Shown: positions 50,394 to 60,466 of the stretch, piece by piece
Numbering within the stretch: the stretch's first letter is position 1
Layout: the number at the start of each line of letters is the position of its first letter
From: Atractiella rhizophila
Lineage: Eukaryota
Length of the DNA stretch: 60,466 bases
Direction of reading: 5' to 3'
Assembly (NCBI GenBank): GCA_021432655.1
Contig: MU271463.1
Coordinates: 1 to 60,466 of the forward strand
Translations under genes and position numbers: made by a program
Notes under the pieces: generated by a model
Databases searched by the model: none
What the model was told of the DNA's origin: nothing
Seen by the model: only the letters and a program-made list of their open reading frames with translations

Positions 50394-52167
50394 ATGTTGG
50401 CGGTCCTTCCTTTACTCTCCCTCGTTTCCGCCTCCGTTGTCGAATCCCAGTCCTTCCTTTCCAGCTCTCCATCGAAAGAATGGGTTCTGTCTCACTTGGG
50501 AAATCTGTCTCCTTACAAGAAAGCGCCTGTCCCTGCTGGCGTGGCTGAATCTCTACCATCCGACTGTGAAGTCTCGCAGGTGTTTTACATGGGTCGACAT
50601 GGATCGAGATATCCCCTAGCCTCAGAACTCGTCTTCATTCAGGGCTTGTCGCAGAAAGTGTTAGCCGCCAAAGGCGCAATCTCGAACGCCAATCTTCCCA
50701 ACAATCTCGCGTTCCTGAAGCAGGGCTATAATACCACTCTGGGACACGATGACCTGACAGCACCGGGAAGGCAACAGCTCTTCAATCACGGCGTTGAGCG
50801 TGTTTGTTCCCATACGGTCATAGTTGCTTGCTAAGAGGATCCCTGCAGCTTTAAGTTTAATTATCCTCAGCTCAACATCACAGAGCTTATCGTCGGGGGG
50901 CAAGACCGTGTTGAAGAGGTCAGACACTTTTAATCCATCAAAAGCGAGCTAATCATATTGGCGGAATAGAGCGCTCAGTGGTTCAGAGAAGGCTACTTCG
51001 GAAGGTGCGTCATCGAATCTTTTTGACTATTTCTTACGTCCGTTCAGGTATTGGAACACGACCTCAACTTTCACAATCCTGCCAGAAAACAATGTCACAA
51101 TTTCCTACATTGTTAGTAGCCTCCGCTGTCACCCATCAATCCCACGTTGAATAATCTCTGTAGACTCCGCTAGACACCTGCTCCAAGTGGAGTTACTCTT
51201 ATGGTAACGATCTTGTCGTAGCATGGGGGAAACGATATCTCCCAGCCATCACAAAACGCTTGAACAAAGCTGTCCCTCACTTCAACCTAACGGACAATGA
51301 CGTCCACGGAGCCCTTTACGCCTGCGCCTATGATACTGCAGCGTATGGTTACGAAAAAAGTCCGTGGTGTCCAGCGTTCAGTAAGAACGAGCTGGAAGAT
51401 TTCGAGTTTGTTGTTCCCTAACTCCCATTGTCTGTCATTGACCAAATCATCAGGTATGAGCTTGACCTTTTGATGTATGGCGCTTTTGGTTACGGTCTAC
51501 CTGGCTCGATGGGGGAGGTTCTTGGTACCGTGCTTGTAAACACGGTCATCGATCTGTTTGTCGACCTTCCAAATTCTTCCCTTGCGCTTAAGAAAAATAA
51601 AGGTTTTCTGGGTCGCATCCAGCTTCCATCGTATCCTTCGGACACGACACGACTGCTGATTTTGCGCTCACGGCCTTGGGATTAGCTAAAGTACGTTGTC
51701 CTTCATACTTCAAAGCTAAAAGTGAATTAAAACGAAATAAGGATTCTCCTGCGCTATCACCCAATGTCTCCACACCCCCTCCCAATAGGAACTGGAGAAC
51801 TTCGGATCAAGTTCCCTTTGGTGAGCATTCAATATGTACCTCTGTTGTCGTGTTTCATAAGCTGATCTGTATACTACGTAGCTGCTCAGTTGGTTTTCGA
51901 GAAATTCACGTGTAGCAAATCAGCGTAAGTTGTCTTCCTTTTCCATTTGCGAGACTCATAAGCCTTCGCAGTGGCACGGAGTCATCTCAGATCCGTTTAG
52001 TATTAAACGACTCCCCTCTCCCACTCAGAAACTGCGAGAAAAGCTTCTTTGATAAGAAGTATGGCAGCTGCAGCCTTGATCGCTTCGTAGCTGCGAACAA
52101 ATTCAGCACCAATATCACTTGGGGAGATGCCACCTGGAACAGTACTTGTGGCGATCCAGGATTCTGA
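50394..52167 (+). CDS. Secreted histidine acid phosphatase/phytase
   Basis: Signal peptide, HLGNLSPY, RHGSRYP, FGHDT and IRLVLND. TATA-like TTATAAA near 50311. Confidence 0.93.
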
Positions 52168-52903
52168 GCTGTGATGACGCTGTTGGCTTCGCAGTTACTT
52201 GGATAGATGCAGTCGCTCAATAGTATATTAATTGCAATGCTCCTAGTAGTCATTATGAAGGATGGATACGATGCCAGAGATTGTACCCAGAAGACAAAGG
52301 GCCTTGGTCCACGTAGTCCTAGGTAGTTATTTTTCCTGTGCGAGTACATACCCTAGGTTTTCGATCCATTCTCTCCTTTCTGGTATTACCCTATATACTG
52401 TCCTAAATTCTACCTTGTCGCCAATGTTCTTGCATGCCGCTGCACGCAGATAACATAACAACACTTCACGGCCAACAGAAAATCTAAACAACGCACGGTA
52501 TTGAGCCCATTCCCGCATTATCCATGGTTCACCACTGGGAAGCCCCAATATAACAATCGTCTCAAATCGTCCACGTCCTACATCATGATAACCGCCGTTG
52601 AAAGGTGTATCACCAGTGTCATGTCACCGCTAACCACTTGAGCTAGTATGTCTCTCAAGAGCAGGATCGCACCACAAGACCGGGAGTAGATATGCACATC
52701 TCTTATGATGTTGCTTGGTGGCTGAAATGAGTAGCACAAGTGAGAAGGCATTGTAATACAAAGTCGCTTCTGGCTGGCTGGTTGATCGTGTTGATCGAAA
52801 ATCTACATTAAGATGCCCTTGTCAACTAGGTCTGATTCGACTTGGAAACTATCGTAAAACAGCAAATAACTTTTCTACCAAACTTATACTAGGTAACCGA
52901 AAC

Positions 52904-54980
52904 ATGAAGAAAACTCGCGAATCCCTGACGGTCGTGATCAAGCTCGGTGAGTTCGAAAATTTCTTTGAAACGCAATCTCACTGTGTTAGTTTACTAGGCA
53001 GCTCTTCCATTCTCTCGCCAGACACCCTCCTCCCCAATCTGTCCACACTCTCAGCAATCGCAGAGACATGTCTAATACTGCTCAAGGAAGGCCATAAAGT
53101 TGTCATTGTGTCTAGTGGTGCTATTGCTATGGGAATGAAACGAATGGGGAAGAAGGAGAAGGGCAAGGGGATCCCTGAGAAACAAGTAAGTATGTTCGTA
53201 CTATGTGATTGATTCGTTTTTGTCACATTTATTAAACTCCTTCATGTTGTGGAATTACATTCTGGCCTGATGGATCGAGGATTTGTCCCAGTACCAAGGC
53301 ATCATTTCCCCAAAAATGAGACTGCTAATACACAGCATTGATGATGAGCACTGTTTTCGTTTCTATGCTTGTTGTTATTATAGACGATGGCTAACCTCAT
53401 CTTTCGAGTTCGCTTGCTTGATAAAAGCTGCAACTTGTTTACCTGGGTGCTTTCTTTGCTGTTGCAAACGAATATTTTGGTCGTCATGTTTATGCCTTGC
53501 TTCTCCGAAACCTGGTTCGCCGAATCTTCCACCCCTTACTTACAAATTACAAGTACTCATTCCGCTCCAACTGGGGATTTGAAACAAAACTGTGGTTATT
53601 TCCATACACTATCTTTCTACCCGGCGCATTTTATCAGCGTAACATGCGTGCACATGATGGGTTGCTATTGCGCCTTTGCAGAACTTGTCGCGTACTAACG
53701 AGCAATTGTTAGGCCCTGGCAGCAATAGGACAAGGGCGACTCATTGCTCTGTGGGACAACCTCTTCTCCCAGTTGGATCAACCTATCGCTCAAGTCCTTC
53801 TCACGCGAAACGACATATCTGACCATTCGCGATTCATGAATGCGCGCTCGACCCTTCTCACGCTCCTAAGCCAAGGCGTCATCCCCATCGTGAACGAGAA
53901 CGACACGATTTCGGTATCGGAGATCAAGTTTGGCGACAACGATACTCTCTCCGCTATCGCTGCTGCACTCGTCAGTGCCGACTGGCTCTTTCTCTGCACT
54001 GATGTCGAGTGCCTCTGGACGGAGAATCCGAGAAGGGCACCGGAGGGGAGAGCGAAGCAGGTGCTACAGGTAAGGGACATTGAGGAGGTGCGACGAATAG
54101 GTAAGCTGTATCATTCGCATTATTCGCGTCGAAATAGAATGCTGATCTAAAATGGGATCAGTGTCCACTTCAACCCTTGGTTCTTCTCTCGGAACAGGAG
54201 GAATGGAAACAAAGCTCATTGCAGCCGAGCTGGCCACCGCCGCTGGCGTTTCCACCGTCATCACGTTAGGCTCACAACCGTCGCGAATCATAAGCATCAT
54301 CGCCTCCTATACATCCTCTCCCACCAACACATCACGGCCAGCGACCGCAGAACCCGTGGTTCTCGGTCCACTCTCCTCGTCCTCAACCATTCCGCTACAC
54401 ACACGCTTCCACGCCCTCCCCACTCCCCTTCCACACCGTCGCTTCTGGGTGCTGCATGCACTCTCCCCTCGCGGTTCCGTTTTCATCGACGAAGGGGCTT
54501 ATCGCGCCATCCTTTCCCATGGGGCTGGAGGAAATGGTGGTCGTCTGCTACCGAGTGGAGTCGCCGGAGTGGAAGGGGTCTGGGCGGCTGGACAGGCGGT
54601 GAAAGTGGTGGTGGTGAGGGGACTGAAGGGACGGGGCGGAGGGGGTACGCCGAAGACTAGGAGCGGCTCGCCTGTCCATGATGAAAGTCATGCCGGTGAA
54701 AAGGAGAGGGAGAAGGGAGTGATGAGTTGGGGCAAGGAGGACACGATGGAGGTTGGGCGAGGCTTGGCGAATTATAACTCAGTTGAGATTGAGCGTGTCA
54801 AGGGGTTGAGGAGGTTTGTAGATCTCTCTCATACTCTCAGGAAATACTAACTGGTGCTGTTTGGGTAACAACAGCTCAGAATTGGAGAAAGTCCTGGGAT
54901 ATATAGAAGCAGAGCATGTTGTGGAGTCCATTACTGTACTCGACAAATCAGGAATGATAACACCAAAACTATCTTCCTGA
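52904..54980 (+). CDS. PRO1: Glutamate 5-kinase with PUA domain
   Basis: [56 protein letters not shown] and GRGLANYNS. 527-nt intron 53186-53712. Confidence 0.96.
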
Positions 54981-55596
54981 TTGTATCTGCCAGTATGCTG
55001 CAATTCTTCAAGTTACTTGAGGAAGAGTTACAGAAAAGAGAAAGGGGGATATATGGACGCATGTCCCACGCTGCAGCTATCGTACATTTACTAGAAGCTC
55101 GGATTTGTGGACTCATTGCCTTGAGCCGAAAGGATGGGATTATGAAATGCTGACTACCCTACTTTGAGGAGCCTACAACAATCGAGTTGAAGCATTTGGA
55201 GTTTACAATAACAGCTAGCTGATCTACGCAAGAAATGTGTAGATAATATTGGAGAAAATCTCAAGCTCGGATGTGATACAAACCTTGCTTAACGGACTCA
55301 TAATTAACAATATTACACCGATTGTAGCATCGGTAGTCCTTAGAAGAACCCAGCACGTTTGGTATGACGCGCTTTGACGTTTTGTCTTTTAAGGGTATCT
55401 AGGATCTACTCCCTTTGCAATTGTAGATCGGCTAGAGTGAGATGGCCCAATGACAATCAACGGTTTGGAAAGGAAGGGCTTTCTTCCATCTGTGGGAAGG
55501 GTCAGGAGAAGATGCAAGAGAACAAATAGGCATGCATACCACTGACCTATTGTTAGAGCCCGGTGCTTCCCACCAAAATCAAAGAGTGCTAAGACG

Positions 55597-57708
55597 TCAG
55601 CCAATCTCTCCACTCTCCTTCAAATCCTTCCTGATCCTCCACTTGACCAAATCCAGCGTCGTTCTCGCGTCGATCAAAGAGCTATGTCCGACGTCACCCT
55701 CCTCCCTCTCACCTCCCAAGTTCGTCACACCTCCCCCTCCTCCGCCGGTTTGGATGGCTATATGGAGGTATTTGAGCGCTAAGTCGCGGAGTGCGAGGCG
55801 GTAGGGTGGACCTTGGGGGTGAGGGAATAACTGTGGATATCCATCGTTGAGTTACTGGCTTTTCCAGATGGATGAAGAGAGGAGGGCAAAGAATGAAAGG
55901 AAGGAAGACTCGCCTGAGTGGTGTCGACGACTCTCTCATGCACAATCCTCAAAGCCCTCAAATCGTTCTCCGCACCATGTCCAACCACAATTGTCTCCCT
56001 GCCCACACCCACCGCCTCCAACATCATCTTGACACCGTCGAGGTCCAACACTGCCTCTTTCTCGAGCTTCTCCACGCTCTCAATACCCGAAAACCTCGTG
56101 TTGAGGTCGATGGTCTCCCCTTCATCCTGTCTTACCCACTCATCCACTACGACCTCCCCCGACGCGTCTATCACTGTCACGCGTGCGAGGGACATGCCAC
56201 GGACGGTGTGTACAAGTTCGCAGTCGAGTGCTACAAGTGGGAGAACGGGTACCGAAGTGGGCCCTTTATCTGCTGCATCTCTCGACGATTCACCGCTGGG
56301 GATTCGGTGGTCGTGGAGGAGAGAGAGCGGAGGCGTGTGAATGGAGCGGAAGCGTGAAGAAGAGAGGGCAGACGGAGGTTGAAGACGTGGGGACCGACAG
56401 TGCATGGCGGAGTGGTAGGGGAGTGGCAGCAAGTAAGGATGCGTTGTTTCACCCCTGTCATTTTCTTTCTCAGACAACGATTTTCGAAGTTTGAGAGAGA
56501 ATACACTGACCATCGATTTGTCTGGAGACTAGCTTTCCCCAGTGGAAGGTACAGGCATCCATTTCGCCCTACGCTCATCCATCAGCCCTGCTTTTTCCTC
56601 TATCGACAGCAGCAGAGGGAAGGAAGGTGAACCTGGAGCATATTCTTCCTATTCTTGACTACAAACACCTTTTTACATCTCTCACACTCCCTTTCCCTAC
56701 CCTCCCAACTCCCTTTCGCCTCCCTCACGCCACTCGCACCCTCATCCAAAGTCGGTATCTCGCTCAAGTAATCGTATTTCCTCCTCTCCTCCTCAGTCAT
56801 CAAATACCTCTGCATCCACTCCGGACTCTCCAAACACTCCAAAATCTTCATCTCCCTCACCTTTCCCTTCCTCTCCTTCTTCCAACCCTCAATCTCATCC
56901 ACCGTCCCCACCCTCTCCCCATCCTCTTCGCTCTCCGCAGTTCCGACCTTCTTTCAACTTCGTCAAGACTTGCAGCGCGACATTCCGATATGTCACCTTC
57001 GAACTCTTCGCGTGTATTTCGAACTCTTGCCGTGTTGCCACTTCAGAAGCTAGGAGAGAACGACGGGAGGGAGGGAGACGGACGTAATTAGAGAGAAGTT
57101 GAGTGTGCAGCGCGGTAAGGGTCTTGGAGCGGACGGAGAGAGCGGTATGTGTTGGTTTTCCGGGTGGGAGGTGGAGACGCGGAGGTGCGGCCTGTAAGCA
57201 TCACAGCAGATGTTCAGTATGGATATATATCTGAGGAATTGTGTTGGAAGATGCTGACCTGTTGAGGTTTGGAACCTGACGGTGTTGGACGTGAGACAAC
57301 GCTGTTAGGGACGGTTTTAGGGACGGTTTTAGAGATTGCAGCACTCTGAACGGCATGGAGACGAGTCGGTTGACTATTGGTCGTAGCAGTAGGAGTTTTT
57401 GTGTCTGGCGGCTTGCGAACGGGACTTTGGGTGTGCAGGTTAGATTTTGATGTGGAAGCGAGGGCGGACTTGAGTGCAGGCTTGAGCGGCTTTGGGGCAG
57501 GTTTTGGAGCAGAAGACAGCGCGGACTTGAGGGCTGAGGGCAGTGGGCGGGAGGGCATGGCTTGAAGTGATGGCGAACTCGAAGAAGGTAAGGACGGTGT
57601 AGACAGTGACTGGAGTGAGGGAGGGGAGTGCGAAAAGAGACAGGGCTTGTTTGTGCAGGTTGGAGAAGGACAAGGGAGCGATTTGAAGTGGCCTAGAGAG
57701 GGGAACAT
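55597..57708 (-). CDS. REX3: DEDDh RNA exonuclease, Rex3/REXO1-like
   Basis: N-terminal C-x4-C-x4-C-x3-H, VALDCELV, LARVTVID, DLNTRFSGI, VGHGAENDLRALR, VVDT and GHSSLIDA. Confidence 0.92.
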
Positions 57709-60466
57709 CTCTTATACTTCTTTTCTTCCAACTCCCAGCTCATCATGGCGTTAGTGTAAGTCATGCCAGTGTGTCCTTGTCAATATAGTTTCATTTTGGC
57801 AAATATCTGACTAACAAATCAGGCTAACAAGAAATCAAAAGCACTGGGACGCAATCGATGGGGGCGGGGAGAGCGGAGAGAGCACCGCGCGAGGATCAGG
57901 ATCTATATTTTCCGTGGCAGTGTCTGTCTCTGCTCAGGGGATCTCTTCGTGTAGGGAAGATGACGATCATGTTCACAATTCTGCCATCCCTTTCTACACT
58001 GGCATACAAACGTGCTACGTCTAGATTATGTGTCTCGACTGTTCAGGCGAAGTACAATGTCGTTTCTGTCGTCCTTTGGCACGGCATGGTTAGAAAATGA
58101 TTACCGAGCAAGGAGAGAATCATTTGCTCCATCGATCTCATCTCCTTTCATTCGGACATGCAGAGTGCCCTGCACAGGTTATTGCGGTGGAATGGGGTAT
58201 CTGAAAGGGCTGGTAGTCTAGCTCATGTTTTCTTCTCCTCATCGGCTGGATGGCTGGGTAATGTCGATGGCACATGCTCTCTTTGTGACAGGTGCCATCG
58301 TCCTCTCAACCATGTGCATATGCTTCTATCATGTCGCTCCATTGAAGCGGGAATGAGCTGTGAGATTTTGATTGTCAACTGTTTTGAAGTCCAACATGGA
58401 TAGATGTGTGTGTGATCAGCTGGCCATGCGACTCTGATGGTCTCCATTGGTTTATGCCGCAATGCTGCACGACGATGGTTTGAGAAGCTTCGTTAATCAT
58501 CCAAACTTTCCAAGATCCTTCCAACGAAGACTGGACTCTCAATGTGGGTTTCGACGAATTGTAGCCTTCCACCTGCCAACTCTTGTACGTGGAAATTTGA
58601 ACATCAAGTGAACAGCGAGAAAATAGCAGCAGTCTCACTCGCAGTTCGTTCCATTCCAAATAGTGTAAATAAGATTGAAGAGAGCCATTGCGTGCCGTTT
58701 CGCCGTTCCTCCAAACCTGTTGTCTTCCTTCCTTCTTTCCTCAATGATTGACAGCCAGCCTCACACATGTGGATCCCTGAGCCCGCGATGAGGCGATTGC
58801 GATTAGATGAATGCGATGGTGCTGACACCAGGTCGCAACTTGGGGTTGTTCCATCCGAAGGCTTGGGGTTATATCTCGGTTTTCGACGGGATGACTGAGT
58901 CTGCCTCCAAGCTATGCAGTGAAGTGACAGTGAAAGTTGTCCAACACTGCTACGTACAGTGTATCCGAGCGCTAACCTTGGAGAATCACCAATCACTACA
59001 AGTGCTCGGATTCACTAGAAACATTGATCTGTACTGAAAGTACTCAACTCAGGATTCCACAATGTTTCTGTCGTGAAGCAAGCGGAAGCCGTTGGGAGAC
59101 CACGGTGAGGTGGGACTTTGGGTTCGTCCTTCACTCGTCCGCGAAGCGAGAAGAAAAGTCGTGTCATTGGCGGTGCTCAAACGAGCCGCTCAAATGCTCA
59201 AACTCTCCTCCAAACTCTCCAGCTCAGCTCAACAACAGCGAACAAATGCTTGGAAGATTGTTGAAATTCCAGAGTGGAGAGGCAGGTGAGAGAAAGCTTG
59301 CCCCATCGCGATTCCGTTTCGGATTCGAGCGGAAGGATTCCGTGCCAGTGGCTAGGAGGGGAAGGTGATCTTGAGGTCACACACAACGTTCGCCTCAATA
59401 TTACTGCAATACTTGGCTCTGGCATGAGAGATCGACAGAGATCAAGTGAGTCAGCCCTCCGCTCATTCACCCACACCTCCTTCTGTAACTCGTTGGATGG
59501 AAATAGATGGACGTTGTGCATGTGCTCCTCCCGCGGTCGATCTCCCTCTTGTCCATTGACATGTTCAGTGATAAATTACTGCAGTACAATCATTGGTTGG
59601 TATCGTTGCGGCGGAGGAGTTTGGTAGAATTGTGCCCCTCCTTCTCCTTCCCTTCCAAAACTATTGCCACAAACTCGATGCTAGAAGCTGAAAGGTGCAT
59701 CTCCCGCTCTCCCGTTTCGAGAGCACTCTGAGTCGAAGTCCGATCACCCATCCATGAAGTTGAAAATCATCTTGAACCGGGAGGATTCGATTACCAAATG
59801 GCTGATTATCGTGAAAGGAGTTCCGGCTAACGATTTTCCTTCTTCTGCAATTTATTTCAATGGGCGGCATCTCAGAACATGAATCCTCCCTTCCACATCA
59901 ATGAGCGTCCTGCGAGACGCCCATTACCATTCAAGTTATGAAAGCGAAAGATGCAAGTTGACTATGGGCACACTCCTGTCGCGCGGCCAACGATCTGGAA
60001 GCTCCCGGCCGCTGCTTCTACAACCTGCACAACGTCCTAACGCGATCTGGCGCAACGAAATCACATCCCGGACATTCCAACGTGTGCTATCACTATGGTC
60101 TGTGGTGGTGACAAGTTCTAGGTCTGCGGCTTCGTTCTGTCGGGACGGAAGCAAGTGGAACGGACTAGGGAGCTTTCTAATCTGAGGAGAAGAGGTCAAC
60201 GAGGCTCATGCTCAAAGCCAACGCTACAAGGGAGCTCGAAGAACATATTGGCCCTGAGTTGAGTTGAGTTGGAGTTGAGAAGAACGATTGGATCGAGAGT
60301 GCATCAAAAGAACTTGAAGCTAATGGAAGATCCGCCCTGCGATTTGTTTGCTCTTGCAATCTTCCCTCAATACGTCTCGTCATCAATTGATTGATAAGAT
60401 AGAGAGTGTACTCAACGTGTATCGTTGCACTGTTTCATTATTTTTTGAAGTCAAAAGGATTGCAGG

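Noticed and set aside
52327..52680. Protein-like minus-strand stretch between phosphatase and PRO1
   Set aside because: No convincing start, splice structure or recognisable motif; at most a relic.
1..60466. CRISPR arrays, tRNA/rRNA, prokaryotic operons or defence systems, intact transposons
   Set aside because: The sequence is spliceosomal-intron-rich fungal DNA, with no spaced repeats, cloverleafs, or transposase/RT motifs seen.

Overview
This is gene-dense, intron-rich eukaryotic DNA with typical introns of about 45-60 nt and CTRAC/CTRAT branch points. It is most likely a basidiomycete fungus (inference from gene content such as DUF6533, micro-exons and frequent GC donors). Manual splicing supports about 20 genes: SPO11, an SDR, a DH-PH RhoGEF, TRS120, OST3/6, RIM1-like mtSSB, signal peptide peptidase, ATP7, two tandem Xaa-Pro aminopeptidases, SCOT, a DUF6533 membrane protein, a cytochrome P450, two tandem intronless F-box/LRR genes plus a relic, a coiled-coil protein, TAF4, a histidine acid phosphatase, PRO1 and REX3. 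The most notable observations are: (1) a REC114-like ORF head-to-head with SPO11 across about 90-115 bp; (2) a 2.62-kb tandem duplication inside TRS120 with a breakpoint in an intron, which may be an allelic assembly overlap; (3) several oversized introns carrying internal acceptors followed by stops, hairpins and a shared motif; (4) an apparent GC-AC intron in the active-site motif of one aminopeptidase. No tRNA, rRNA, CRISPR or intact transposon was recognised. Exon structures were worked out by eye and are not verified by transcripts.
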